Part shown: positions 10,305 to 21,180 of the stretch, piece by piece | How positions within the stretch are numbered: the stretch's first letter is position 1 | How the letters are laid out: every line of letters starts with the position of its first letter | The notes under the pieces: generated by a model | What the model saw: the letters and a program-made list of their open reading frames with translations, nothing else | What the model was told of the DNA's origin: nothing | Database searches by the model: none | Program-made: the position numbers and the translations under genes | From: an uncultured Clostridiaceae bacterium | GTDB lineage: Bacteria > Bacillota > Clostridia > TANB77 > CAG-508 | DNA: 64,000 nucleotides | Assembly (NCBI GenBank): GCA_950096965.1 | Contig: CATNCV010000001.1 | Location: 323 to 64,322 of the forward strand | Reading direction: 5' to 3'

Positions 10305-11411
10305 ATGAAAAAATTTTTCACATCAGAAAGTGTAACAGAAGGTCACCCAGATAAACTATGTGACCTAATTTCAGATAGCATTTTAGATAGCTATTTAGAA
10401 AAAGATGAAAATTCAAGAGTTGCAGTAGAGACATTTGCATCAAAAGACCTAATAGTAGTAGCAGGGCAAATAACATCAAAAGGAGAAGCCCAAATAGAAG
10501 AGCTAGTAAGAAAGATGATTAAAGAAATAGGTTATGATAATAGTAATTTAGACATAGATTATAGAACATGCAAAATAATAACAAATATAACAAAGCAAAG
10601 CCCAGACATAGGAATGGGAGTAGACATAGGTGGAGCAGGAGATCAAGGCATAATGTTTGGTTATGCTTGTGATGAAACTAAAAATTATATGCCATATGGG
10701 GTAGATATGGCACATAAATTATCAAAAGAACTAACAAATGCACGAAAAGAAGGAAAAATAAAAGGACTAAGGCCAGATGGAAAAGTACAAGTTACAGTAG
10801 AATATGAAAATACACAAGTAAAGAGAATAGACACAATACTAATATCCACACAACATGAAGAAAATGTGGATATTGAAAACTTAAAGCAAGAAATAATAAA
10901 AAAAATAATAAACAAAATAATACCAATAAGTATGATAGATGATAACACAAAAATATATATAAATCCAACAGGGAGATTTGTAATAGGAGGTCCATTAGGA
11001 GATACGGGTCTAACAGGAAGAAAAATAATAGTAGATACTTATGGTGGCTACGCAAGACATGGTGGAGGAGCATTTTCAGGAAAAGATGCAAGTAAAGTAG
11101 ATAGGTCAGCAGCATATATGTTAAGACACATAGCAAAAAACGTAGTAGCAAATGGATATGCAAAAAAATGCGAAATACAAATATCATATGCAATTGGAAT
11201 TAACAAACCAACATCAATATTAGTAGAAACATTTGGAACAAATACAATACCAGAAGAAGAAATAGTAGAAAAAATAAAAAATAAGTTTGACTTGAGCCCT
11301 AAACGGAATAATAAAATACTTAGGGCTAAATAAGCCAATTTATACAAAAACAACAAATTATGGACACTTTGGAAAAGAAGAATTAGAGTGGGAGAGAATT
11401 ATAGAACTATA
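10305..11411 (+). pseudogene. metK: S-adenosylmethionine synthetase (MetK), disrupted by a +1 frameshift: extra C at ~11304 before a Gly codon
   Basis: N-terminal MKKFFTSESVTEGHPDKLCD..GGGAFSGKD is full MetK. Frame 1 stops at 11333 after ...[15 protein letters not shown]. The next frame continues [35 protein letters not shown] to 11411, which is the conserved MetK C-terminus. Deleting one C in CCTAAA[C]GGA restores a single 368-aa ORF. Confidence 0.85.
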
Positions 11412-11446
11412 AAGTACAAAATTCAAAATTTATAAAGTATAAAAAG

Positions 11447-11478
11447 AACCTTCACTATTTTGAAGTGAAGGTTCTTTA
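11447..11478. terminator. bidirectional intrinsic terminator
   Basis: GAACCTTCACTATTTTGAAGTGAAGGTTC hairpin flanked by A/T runs, between convergent genes. Confidence 0.6.
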
Positions 11479-11490
11479 GGCTTTTTAAAA

Positions 11491-11865
11491 TTAACTTAAA
11501 ATTTTAAAGTTTGTGCTAAGTAAGTCGACTGCACACATCATTGAATGTTCATCCATAGGTGAAGAGGTATTCTCTTCATAAACAACATATGAATAAACTG
11601 TGTTTTTACAAAAAACGAGATCTGCTGGCTTCCCATTATAATGAATAAGCTTAGAAGGAAGACCTACTATGATGGCAACGTAGTTATCCTTGTCATTTTC
11701 ACGAATTAGAATAAAACAACGTGCACTTTTCGGCAAGCCATTAAGAGAAGGATAATTCTTCTTATTATAAGGATAAGTCTTGTCATTAGTTTCCATTATA
11801 GCATGTAGTTCATACTTATCCTCTTTGTATCCAGTTTCAAAAGTACAAAGTGCAATACTACCCAT
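11491..11865 (-). CDS. hypothetical protein
   Basis: 124-aa ORF with coding-like composition. No motif recognised. Confidence 0.45.
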   Translation of the reverse strand: MGSIALCTFETGYKEDKYELHAIMETNDKTYPYNKKNYPSLNGLPKSARCFILIRENDKDNYVAIIVGLPSKLIHYNGKPADLVFCKNTVYSYVVYEENTSSPMDEHSMMCAVDLLSTNFKILS

Positions 11866-12068
11866 AAAAGCTCCTTTCTGCTTAATATAAGCATAAAGAC
11901 TAAAAAATTAATAAACTACAGATATATTTTACATAATATTTTGAAAAATGTCAAGACAATTTCTGAATTTGTGTAAGACGTATTGCATAATTTTACATAA
12001 TTTGATATAATTTTACTGTAATTAGTTTCATATAAAAGTTTAAATTAAAATTTTTAGGAGGGTAAAAT

Positions 12069-12713
12069 ATGCATATTTTTCTTATCAGACATGGAGAGTC
12101 AATGGCGAATAATGGAAGTAACTATGTTAAAAGAATACCAGATCATTTAGTACAACTAAGTGATGTAGGAAAAAAGCAGGCATATGATGCAGGAGTATGG
12201 CTAAAAAAATACTGCAAGCAACAGGCAGTAAGCTTAGAAAATGCAAGAATATGGCGTAGCCCTTATTTGAGAACAAGGCAGACATCAGAGGAGTTTAATA
12301 AATCTCTTAATATATCAGATATAAGAGAAGATATAACTCTTGTAGAGCAACAATTTGGATTATTTGATTCAGTACCAGAAGAAGAATGGGGAAAATTATT
12401 TCCAAAGGAATATGAAGAATATGAGCGCCAAAGAAATAACTATGGCAAATTCTATGCAAGACTTCCATTAGGAGAAAGTCCATTTGATGTAGCAGTTCGT
12501 GTACATCAATTTATGGGAACGATTCATCGTGACTATGAAAAACATGGCATAGATACTTTATTCATATTTACACATGGAACAACTTTAAGAACCTTTCTTT
12601 TAAGATGGTTTCACTACTCACCAGAATGGTACCATGAAGAGAAAAATCCAAAAAATTGTTGGATAAGGGAAATTAAAGATGGGAAAGATTGTGGATATAT
12701 TAATTTACATTAA
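12069..12713 (+). CDS. histidine phosphatase family protein (phosphoglycerate-mutase-like)
   Basis: LIRHGES.AN near the N-terminus is the catalytic RHG motif of the histidine phosphatase superfamily. Confidence 0.75.
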   Translation: MHIFLIRHGESMANNGSNYVKRIPDHLVQLSDVGKKQAYDAGVWLKKYCKQQAVSLENARIWRSPYLRTRQTSEEFNKSLNISDIREDITLVEQQFGLFDSVPEEEWGKLFPKEYEEYERQRNNYGKFYARLPLGESPFDVAVRVHQFMGTIHRDYEKHGIDTLFIFTHGTTLRTFLLRWFHYSPEWYHEEKNPKNCWIREIKDGKDCGYINLH

Positions 12714-12715
12714 TC

Positions 12716-12752
12716 AAAGGAACCTTCGTATAATAGCGAAGGTTCTTTTTGA
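12716..12752 (+). terminator. intrinsic terminator
   Basis: GGAACCTTCGTATAATAGCGAAGGTTCTTTTT. Confidence 0.55.
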
Positions 12753-12868
12753 CTATTTTTATATACATTTTTTTATAATAATGCTATAATAGAAGTGATA
12801 ACTAGTAAGTTATCGAGTAGTTAGAATTTTTATTCAAGAATAAATTTATTAAAAGGAGATATTTAAAG

Positions 12869-13606
12869 TTGTTTAATTTATTTAAAAATAGAGAAAAGAG
12901 CAATAACAGTAGGAAATATATTCATAATGAAATGTGTATAACGTGTAGTCATATATTGGAAGATGATAAACCAATTTTATATATTAAAAGAGAGGCGAAA
13001 GATGGAAAATATCAATTTTTATGTGAAAATCATAATCATGCTGATTCAGAAATAAGACTTATTGAAATTGAAGAGATCATAAAAAAGGATAAAGAAATTG
13101 AAAAAATATTGCCTTTAGAACTAGGATTAGAATTAAAAAGACAATATATTAGTGGCAAAGGATTAGAACTTAAAAAATTTATACAAGATGGTATTAATAA
13201 TATAATTCAAGAAGATATAAAAGATAACAAAGTTTTAATGACACAGTTATATAATAACGGTGAAATAGTATATTATAATGGTAGAAATGGAACTTGGTTT
13301 GATTGGGATATAAATGGTAAGACAAGTTGGTTTACAGTTTGTTTTGATGATAAAAACAGAATGGGATATATAAGTATTGCAATTTTTAAAGATGGAACTG
13401 TTAGTGGATATAAATGGGGAAATTATGGCAAGGATGAAGCAGAAAGTATTTCTTTAGGGAAGTTAAGTATAAAAGATACAGAATATCTTGTAAGATTATT
13501 ATTACAACAAACGGATGACAAAGGAATTTTTGATATAAATATAGATGATATAAATTGGGAAACTCCTATATTTTTAGAACCCTTGGAAGGTGCAGAAGAA
13601 ACATAA
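12869..13606 (+). CDS. hypothetical protein (TTG start)
   Basis: 245-aa ORF with an AAAGGAG RBS before the TTG. No family recognised. Confidence 0.45.
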   Translation: MFNLFKNREKSNNSRKYIHNEMCITCSHILEDDKPILYIKREAKDGKYQFLCENHNHADSEIRLIEIEEIIKKDKEIEKILPLELGLELKRQYISGKGLELKKFIQDGINNIIQEDIKDNKVLMTQLYNNGEIVYYNGRNGTWFDWDINGKTSWFTVCFDDKNRMGYISIAIFKDGTVSGYKWGNYGKDEAESISLGKLSIKDTEYLVRLLLQQTDDKGIFDINIDDINWETPIFLEPLEGAEET

Positions 13607-13678
13607 TAGATATTATAAAGACATAAGAATTGATTATAAAAGTAATCAATAAATTACAATTTCGGGGAGTCATATAAT

Positions 13679-13828
13679 ATGGAAACAAAAGTTATAAATT
13701 ATCAAACAAAATTTAACATATATGGGGATTATTCAAAATATACAAGTAAGCCATTGAAAGACTTTATATATGAGAGCAACAAAGGAAAAGATATACTTTT
13801 TGTAGAAGATGAAGAGTTAAGATGTTAA
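13679..13828 (+). CDS. small hypothetical ORF (49 aa)
   Basis: METKVINYQTKFNIYGDYSKYTSKPLKDFIYESNKGKDILFVEDEELRC. A GGGGAG RBS lies 8 nt upstream. The ORF is below the track length cutoff. Confidence 0.2.
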   Translation: METKVINYQTKFNIYGDYSKYTSKPLKDFIYESNKGKDILFVEDEELRC

Positions 13829-13871
13829 ACAAAAAAATAGACACACTTATAATTTGAAAGGAGATAAAGTT

Positions 13872-14231
13872 ATGGCAAGAATATTAAAAAATAAAGAATT
13901 AGCAAATACAAGATTAGCAACTAATTATGGTGGCTGGATGTATTGTGATAAATGTAATGAAAATATAGGTTATCTATGTTATTCAACTTATGATAGATTA
14001 GAATTAAAATATAAATGTAACTGTGGAAGTCAAGGAAGTGCAATATTAGACTTTGAAGATAGTAATCCAGGTCAAGAGTGTAATGATGAATTGCTCATCA
14101 TAAAAAATAGGTTTTGCTGTTCTAAAGATAATGAGCCTTTAATTACAATACTAGATAAAAAAGTGGCTAGTTATCAAATGAAAATCACTTGTAAATCTTG
14201 TAATAAAACATATAAAAAAGAGGTGAAATAA
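13872..14231 (+). CDS. cysteine-rich hypothetical protein
   Basis: Multiple CxxC pairs (CDKCNEN, CNCGS, CKSCNK). RBS GGAGAT before ATG 13872. Confidence 0.45.
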   Translation: MARILKNKELANTRLATNYGGWMYCDKCNENIGYLCYSTYDRLELKYKCNCGSQGSAILDFEDSNPGQECNDELLIIKNRFCCSKDNEPLITILDKKVASYQMKITCKSCNKTYKKEVK

Positions 14232-14552
14232 ATGGATTTATTGTTAACACTATTGATTGGAATAGTTGCAGGAGTAATAGATATACTACCAATGATTAAA
14301 ATGAAAGTTGATAAATACTCAATACTATCAGCATTTGTATATTATTTAATAGTTCCTTTTGTTATCTTTGGAATTAATTGGTTTGGAAATCTATGGTGGT
14401 TAAGAGGTGGAGTTGTTTCTATACTTATGGCTATTCCAGTAATTATTCTAGTAGCAAAAGAAGATAAAAAAAGCCCAATAGCAATGACAATTATGTCTAT
14501 CGTTTTAGGAAGTATCATTGGAGTTGTAGGACATTTCTTAAATCTAATGTAA
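14232..14552 (+). CDS. small integral membrane protein
   Basis: 106 aa with three hydrophobic helices. Its ATG immediately follows the upstream TAA (stop-start coupling). Confidence 0.5.
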   Translation: MDLLLTLLIGIVAGVIDILPMIKMKVDKYSILSAFVYYLIVPFVIFGINWFGNLWWLRGGVVSILMAIPVIILVAKEDKKSPIAMTIMSIVLGSIIGVVGHFLNLM

Positions 14553-14572
14553 TTTATAAACTATAATAAGAA

Positions 14573-14607
14573 AGGACAAGTAATTAGCTTGAAAATTACT
14601 TGTCCTT
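14573..14607 (+). terminator. intrinsic terminator
   Basis: GGACAAGTAATTAGCTTGAAAATTACTTGTCCTTT. Confidence 0.55.
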
Positions 14608-14676
14608 TATGATATAATACATACAAATTTGTACAAACAAAAAACCTAATTAAATAATTTTAAAGGAGGTACAACT

Positions 14677-15258
14677 ATGAAAGTAATTGGAGTAACAGGA
14701 AAATCTGGAAGTGGAAAAACAACATTTGCTAAAAAGTTAGCAAAAAGGTTAAATGGTGTGTATGTAGACATAGATAGAATAAGCAAAAAGCCTTTAAATA
14801 AGCCCAATATTATACATATATTGTGTGAAAAATTTGGAAATGAAATATTAGATGAAAAAGGTAATATCGACACAAAAAAATTAGGAAGCATAGTTTTTTC
14901 AAAGGAAGAATGGCTAAATGAATTAATGAGAATAACCCAAAGTGATGCAGAACAAGAAATAGATGATATACTATCTAGAATAGATAATAATATAGTTATT
15001 TTAGAATGGATAAAGTTACCAATTAGCAAATATTGGCATGAATGTGATATAAAAATATTAGTAAAGGCAGATCATATAAAAAGGAAAAATAAAGTATTAG
15101 AAAGAGATAACATCTCAGAAGAATATTTTGAGAAAAGAGATTTATCAGCTATTTCCTATAAAGAAAGCGAATTTAACTATATTTTTGAAAATAACTACAA
15201 CAAAAAGGAAATGGAAGAAAATATTGATATTATAAGCCTAAAAATTATGGAGGACTAA
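14677..15258 (+). CDS. coaE: dephospho-CoA kinase
   Basis: N-terminal IGVTGKSGSGKTT P-loop. Overall CoaE-like layout (..FG.EILDEKGNIDTKKLGSIVF..) at the expected length. coaD lies nearby. Confidence 0.6.
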   Translation: MKVIGVTGKSGSGKTTFAKKLAKRLNGVYVDIDRISKKPLNKPNIIHILCEKFGNEILDEKGNIDTKKLGSIVFSKEEWLNELMRITQSDAEQEIDDILSRIDNNIVILEWIKLPISKYWHECDIKILVKADHIKRKNKVLERDNISEEYFEKRDLSAISYKESEFNYIFENNYNKKEMEENIDIISLKIMED

Positions 15259-15262
15259 AACT

Positions 15263-16006
15263 ATGAAATTAAAAGTATTAGGAACACAATCACCATATAA
15301 TACAAAAAGGCACAACTGCCCTGGTTTTTTAATACAAGAAGGTGAAAACTTGCTAATGATAGACTGTGGTAGTGGAACTCATAAAATGTTAAAATATCCT
15401 AAAGACTTGCAAAATTTATAAATAATTATAAGTCATTTACATAGAGACCACTATAATGACATTTATAATTTGCAATACGCATCATTTGTATTTCATAATC
15501 AAAAGAGACTTGATAACCCAATAAATATATATCTTCCACAATCACCAAATGCTATAAATGAAGACATAAGAGGCGAAAACAATTCTTTTGCGAATTATCA
15601 TGAAATTTCAGAAAATACAAAGATAAACATAGGAAGCATACAAATAACGTTTTGTAAAACAGACCACCCAGTAGAAACATATGCTATAAAGGTTAGTTGC
15701 AAAGGAAAAAATATAGTATATACTTCAGACACATCATTTTCAGCAAGAGATAAAATAGTAGAATTTGCAAAAGGAGCAGATTTATTAATATGTGAATCAA
15801 GTCTACTAGAAAAATATGTTTTTCCAGAAATTAATTCACACTTAACAGCAAAGCAAGCAGGAATAATTGCAAAAGAAGCACAAGTAAAAAAGCTAATGCT
15901 AACTCATTTCTGGCCAGAAGAATTGCCAAGAAAATATGTAAAAGAAGCAAAAAAAGAATTCTCAAAAGTGATTTTGGCAAAAGAAGGAAAATACAATATA
16001 ACCTGA
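15263..16006 (+). pseudogene. MBL-fold metallo-hydrolase (RNase Z / beta-lactamase-like) interrupted by an in-frame TAA at 15419-15421
   Basis: ATG 15263 and the track ORF 15470..16006 are in the same frame. The reading is KDLQNL*IIISHLHRDHYNDI, so the stop falls just before the HxHxDH metal-binding motif. N-terminal part is MKLKVLGTQSPY..LLMIDCGSG. Confidence 0.6.
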
Positions 16007-16082
16007 ATTTATACTAAAATAGTTCATAATGATAAAAATAAGATATTAAGTAGTATTGTTAGTAAAATTAAATAAGATAAAA

Positions 16083-16113
16083 CAAAAAATCCATTAGAAT
16101 AAATGGATTTTTT
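16083..16113. terminator. bidirectional terminator
   Basis: AAAAAATCCATTAGAATAAATGGATTTTTT between convergent genes. Confidence 0.55.
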
Positions 16114-16161
16114 GCTTTTATAATGTTTTGCTTAGGACAGTTTTACTATTATAGAATACTT

Positions 16162-16641
16162 TTATACCTTACTTTTCATTACTGCATTTAAAACATCTTT
16201 TGGAAGATATTTGGAAACATCCATACCATATTTAAGTAATTCCATAACTCCACTAGAACTAACAGTTCCATATTCACAAGCCCTAATATAAATAGTATCT
16301 AAACCAGAGTATTCTTTATTTTTAGCAGCTAGGCTTTCTTCATAAGGGTAATCAGTACCATTATTTCTGACGCCTCTTAAAAGTAATGTTGCATTATTAT
16401 CAAGAGCAGCCTTAAAAGTTAGTCCCTCATAGGTGATAACAGTTACATTAGAAATATTTTCATGAGCTAAAACCTTTTCAATAGCTTCTTTCATTAAGTC
16501 TTTATCAAACCTACGCTTTTTATCAGAATTGGTACCAATTCCAATAATAACCTTATCACAAATCCTAAGAGCCTGCTTAAGTACATGCAAATGTCCAATT
16601 GTAAAAGGGTCAAAGCTACCTGAATAAAAACCAACTTCCAT
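16162..16641 (-). CDS. coaD: phosphopantetheine adenylyltransferase
   Basis: SGSFDPFTIGHLHV matches the (H/T)xGH cytidylyltransferase motif of CoaD, at ~160 aa. Start taken at MEVGFYSG, which has an AAAGGAGG RBS. Confidence 0.8.
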   Translation of the reverse strand: MEVGFYSGSFDPFTIGHLHVLKQALRICDKVIIGIGTNSDKKRRFDKDLMKEAIEKVLAHENISNVTVITYEGLTFKAALDNNATLLLRGVRNNGTDYPYEESLAAKNKEYSGLDTIYIRACEYGTVSSSGVMELLKYGMDVSKYLPKDVLNAVMKSKV

Positions 16642-16918
16642 ATAAATACCTCCTTTTATAAAATATATACCCATTAAGAATTTCACTATGGGTAATCAAA
16701 TTTTAAATATCTTCATAAGTATAGCACAATATACATAAAAGAACAATAGAAAGTCTTAACCTTTCACAACCATAGTTACTGGTTAATGGTTTTATAGAAG
16801 GTAAATAACCACCATCGTCTATAACTTTTCTAAGAATATAGAAAATTAAGTAAACTTACACATTTCTACAAAAATTGCAAATAAAATATGGTATATTAGC
16901 AATAAAGGAGGGATAATT

Positions 16919-17296
16919 ATGGATTTAAATATATTTAAAAATATAAAAGAAGATATAAAAAATAATATTGATGTAAAAGGTTTTATAGAAGAATTAACAA
17001 ATTTTCTAAAAAACATAGACGAATCAAAAACAAAAGAAAATTTAGCACCAATAAGTGTAAATGAAGAATTAGAAGATTATAGAAAAGAAGGGCACTTGTA
17101 TTTAGTAACAGAAGATAGAAACAACGAAATATATTTAAATGATTTTACAGAAAAGTCAAAAGTAGAATTTAAAGAAACAAATTTGCCAGAGGAAATATTG
17201 AAAGATGCTAAAGAAGGTACAATGCTTCAATACAAAAACGGAAAATACGAAGTATATTCACAAAATGGATATGATATGCTATTTGAAAATAATTAA
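16919..17296 (+). CDS. hypothetical protein
   Basis: 125-aa acidic ORF with an AGGAGG RBS. Confidence 0.4.
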   Translation: MDLNIFKNIKEDIKNNIDVKGFIEELTNFLKNIDESKTKENLAPISVNEELEDYRKEGHLYLVTEDRNNEIYLNDFTEKSKVEFKETNLPEEILKDAKEGTMLQYKNGKYEVYSQNGYDMLFENN

Positions 17297-17366
17297 AAAT
17301 ATGCTTTTATATATTTTTTTATTATGCTATACTACCTATAGAGAAATAGGAAAGGGAAAAAGCAAA

Positions 17367-18104
17367 ATGAAAAATAATAAAAAAATAAATAATCTAACAA
17401 ATAAATTAATTCTAGCTATTTTAGTTATTATAATAGGAATAATAAGCTACTCTTTTGAAGGTAGAAATTATAATAACAATATTCAAAATATAAATACTAT
17501 ATCATTTGATATACAAACAATTCCAGAATACACGAAAAATCCATATGTAACAATAAACAACAATATACCTTCATTTACTCAGGAAGATTACAATTTAGGA
17601 GTATTTGAAAATTATAGCAAGCTCGACAATTTAGGAAGGTGCTCTGTAGCATATGCAAATATATGCAAAGAAATAATGCCATCAAAAGATGAAAAAAGAG
17701 AAGCAATAGGAATGATAAAACCATCAGGCTGGCAAACGGTAAAATATGAAGGAATAGTAGAAGGAAACTACTTATATAATCGCTGCCACCTAATAGGTTA
17801 CCAACTAGCAGGGGAAAACGCAAACGAGAAAAATTTAATAACAGGAACAAGGTATATGAATGTAGAAGGAATGTTACCATTTGAAAATAAAGTAGCAGAC
17901 TATATCGAAAAAAATCCAAACAATCATGTATTATATAAAATTACACCAGTTTTTCAGGGAAATAATTTACTTGCAAGTGGAGTGCAAATAGAAAGCTATT
18001 CTATTGAAGATAATGGAAAAGGAATATGTTTTAATGTATATATATACAATGTACAGCCAGGTATAAAGATAGACTATGCTACTGGAAAAAGTGAATTAGA
18101 ATAA
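17367..18104 (+). CDS. secreted DNA/RNA non-specific endonuclease (NucA/EndA family)
   Basis: N-terminal signal/TM segment, then DNLGRCSVAYANI and NRCHLIGYQLAG..N (DRGH-type active site). Start taken at MKNNKKINN, which has an RBS. Confidence 0.8.
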   Translation: MKNNKKINNLTNKLILAILVIIIGIISYSFEGRNYNNNIQNINTISFDIQTIPEYTKNPYVTINNNIPSFTQEDYNLGVFENYSKLDNLGRCSVAYANICKEIMPSKDEKREAIGMIKPSGWQTVKYEGIVEGNYLYNRCHLIGYQLAGENANEKNLITGTRYMNVEGMLPFENKVADYIEKNPNNHVLYKITPVFQGNNLLASGVQIESYSIEDNGKGICFNVYIYNVQPGIKIDYATGKSELE

Positions 18105-18349
18105 TATTTTACATTTGAGGGTTTGACAACTTCGACAGTTGCAATTAGCAATTAAACATATTTTAAGATGTAGAGGCGACGCTGTTTGTCGTCCACACTT
18201 CGAAAAAATTAACCCCAAAAAAAAGTAATTTTCATAAAAAGCAGAATATCATTAAAATCAAATAATTCTATTGCTTTATGTTAAATCTTATGACATAATT
18301 TAGCGCAGTAACTTAGTAGAAGGAAAATAACTTTATAAGGAGGAGCAAT

Positions 18350-18958
18350 ATGAGCGAATACACAATGAACCAGTACGATTTACAAAGATATTTTAAAAGT
18401 TTATGCAATAGCTTTTATATTGCATATGAGCAGGTAAAACGGTTAAAGGAAGAGAAGAAGGCTTTAAATAACGATTACAATGAAGAAGATTTGAAAATGG
18501 TAAATAGTCTTCTAGAAATCTCAGTAGTTGATAGTACACAAAATAAGTATGTTATTTATAAGTATTCACATGAAGAATTGGAAAAAGAAAAAGAACGGCT
18601 AGAAGCGGAAAGACAAGAGTTTGAGAGAAAAACTGAAGAATTAGAAAAAATACGTAATTATTGGTTTGATAGTATGTTGAGAGTCTTTGCAGATATTGAA
18701 AGAGTCCTATTTACAATAAAAGACAATAATTTTTCAATTATTCTAACGACAAAAGCAGAAATATATGCACTAATGCATTTCTATGGACATTGTAATCATC
18801 TAGTATATAAATATCCAATTGTTAATGTAAAAGAATATAGCAAAAAGGTATACAAAACTAAAAACGAAGTCTATTTAGATTTTTTACATGCATATGAGTC
18901 TGGCCTTGAAAATGGATGGGCGGATGATATGTCAAGGCTATATAATAAATATTTCTAA
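18350..18958 (+). CDS. hypothetical protein (coiled-coil)
   Basis: 202-aa ORF with an AGGAGG RBS. Confidence 0.5.
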   Translation: MSEYTMNQYDLQRYFKSLCNSFYIAYEQVKRLKEEKKALNNDYNEEDLKMVNSLLEISVVDSTQNKYVIYKYSHEELEKEKERLEAERQEFERKTEELEKIRNYWFDSMLRVFADIERVLFTIKDNNFSIILTTKAEIYALMHFYGHCNHLVYKYPIVNVKEYSKKVYKTKNEVYLDFLHAYESGLENGWADDMSRLYNKYF

Positions 18959-18972
18959 AAATCATAATACAA

Positions 18973-19013
18973 ATCCACCAACTGATGTTTAAATAAAAAT
19001 CAGTTGGTGGTCT
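18973..19013 (+). terminator. intrinsic terminator
   Basis: CCACCAACTGATGTTTAAATAAAAATCAGTTGGTGG followed by TCTCTTT. Confidence 0.6.
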
Positions 19014-19106
19014 CTTTGTACTTTAGGAAAGTGCTATATTTTAAGTTAAAATTGTAGAAGCAAACAGTGCTCGTATGAGAGGCTAAGCCTAATTTTTAAA
19101 GCAATC

Positions 19107-20610
19107 CTAAAATTTCAAATCACTCTTAACCAACCCTCTAAACAAAACAATACTAGCAAAATAACAAATGCAAAAAATTAAAATTTGAACAACTAATTCT
19201 AAAATACTACTAGGACTATAATTTCTAAAAATCAAATTAAGTACAAAAATAGCAAAACATGGTTTTATCAGCCAATTTGCAAAATCTATTTTAAGATTAG
19301 TTTCTTTAATTAGTAAAAACAAACTAACCAAGCCATTTAAAATTTCACTAATAAAAAGCACAACAATATAACCCTTTATTCCTTGAATAGGCAATAAAAA
19401 ATAAATAAAAGTTATACTCGTAAATAAGTCCAAAATATTAATTCCCATAACAGCAACTTGCTTATCTAGCCCCTTTAAAATACCATCAACCACATTATCA
19501 ATATACATTAAAACAATAAGAGGAGAAAGCACTTTTATAAAAATAGAAACATTTGCCTCACTATAAATACTATTAGAAAGCTCCTCAGAAAAGCACCAAA
19601 AAACTCCCATAATTAAAAAAGAAAAAATAAAACAAAATTTAAGTATTTTATTAATGGCAAAATTAATTTTATCATAACTTTTTTTAGCATTTAAGTACGA
19701 AAACTCAGGAATAAGTAACATGCTAAAAGAAGAAATAAAAGCACAAGGAAACATTATAAGTGGCATAGCCATACCATTAATCATACCATACTGAGAAAGG
19801 GCCTTTTCACATGATATTCCAGACTTTTCTAAACGTATAGGAATAAGAATTTGTTTTAAAGTAGAAAGCCCAGAGCGAACATATGAAGTAAAAGCAATAG
19901 GAAGAGTAATTCTTAAAATTTGCTTTGTATAATTATCTCCTCTATTCATAACACATTTCTTTTTTCTAATATCTCTGTTATAAGAAAATAGAATAAGTAA
20001 AAAAGAGCAAATTTCAGAAATAGTACCACCTAAAACCAATGAAATGCAAGCATATTCAATTCCAGAAGGCAAAAAGTAATTAATAAAAAATGTAACAAAA
20101 TAAATTCTAATAATTTGTTCAAAAACCTGAGCAATAGCTGTCTTTTTAACATTTCTAATAGCAGAAAAATACCCATTAATACTACTACTTATTGATAAAA
20201 AAGGAAGGCTAAACGCAATAATTCTAAGTGGCATAGCGCTTACTTTAGAATGTAACCAATAAGTAGAAATAAAAGGAGAAAATAAAAATAATAAAATAGC
20301 AGAAGTCACTCCCATAAATAAACTATAGTTAATACATTTCTTAACAGCAAGTTTCATTCCATCTTCCTTGCCATAAGCCATCTGTTCAGAAACAATTCTA
20401 GATGTAGCAAGGTTAACTCCAGAACTTGCAAAACATACAAAAAGCATATACACTGACATAATAAGCTGATAAACTCCGAGCCGCCTCAGCTCCTATTTTA
20501 TTAGAAATATATACACCAAAAAACATACCAATACTTCTAAGCAAAAGAGAAGTACAAGTAAGTAAAATACCATTAAACAAAAAAACTTTAACTTTTCTCA
20601 AAAAAATCAC
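19107..20610 (-). pseudogene. SpoVB-like MOP-superfamily flippase (polysaccharide biosynthesis protein), disrupted by a +1 frameshift at ~20478
   Basis: The N-terminal fragment (20413..20610) ends ..ISNKIGAEAARSLSAYY. The other frame reads GVYQLIMSVYMLFVCFASSGVNLATSRIV..., which matches the SpoVB N-terminal consensus IGAEG.GLYQL. Removing one C (minus strand GCT[C]GGA) fuses the fragments into a single ~500-aa, 14-TM protein. Confidence 0.7.
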
Positions 20611-20751
20611 CTAATTTACTATATTAACTAGGTCTTGCAAAAAGTACAAAAATATAGTATAATTGCAATATTAAATTTATAAACCTCTTAAAAGGAGTTT
20701 AACATAGAAAGTAACTGTCAACTTAATAATTATTAATAGGAGGGAAAAATT

Positions 20752-21105
20752 ATGATATATATAGTAATAATAGCAATTTTTATTATTGTACCAGTACTTA
20801 CATTTGCTGTGCTGAAAGAAATAGATAAACAAAATGACGAAAAAGAAGAAAGTGACTATGAAGTATATAAAACAAAAACATTAACACAAGCACAAATAGC
20901 AGATATTCATGAAAGAGGAAAAATTACTCCAGAAGAAAAAGTCAAAGAACTAGAAGGATTAGGAATGTGTATAGGAGACCATATTGAAAGTATGGCTTGG
21001 CGGTGCGATAAATTTAGGAATTGCCATGACTGTTTAGTCGACTACGCAAATACAAAAGATGAGTATACATCATTTTTTGATGATATTAAAATTATATGCA
21101 AATAA
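20752..21105 (+). CDS. hypothetical membrane-anchored protein
   Basis: N-terminal TM helix and an AGGAGG RBS. Confidence 0.45.
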   Translation: MIYIVIIAIFIIVPVLTFAVLKEIDKQNDEKEESDYEVYKTKTLTQAQIADIHERGKITPEEKVKELEGLGMCIGDHIESMAWRCDKFRNCHDCLVDYANTKDEYTSFFDDIKIICK

Positions 21106-21180
21106 AAAATAGTAAAAGGCCACTTTTTATAAAGAGTGGTCTTTTACAGTGTGTTTAGTATTTTAAATTAGTTACTTAAA

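Noticed and set aside
18139-18200. TTCGACA / TTCGAAA sequences upstream of gene 18350 as Spo0A boxes
   Set aside because: These are single 7-mer matches in AT-rich DNA, too weak to call without genome-wide statistics.
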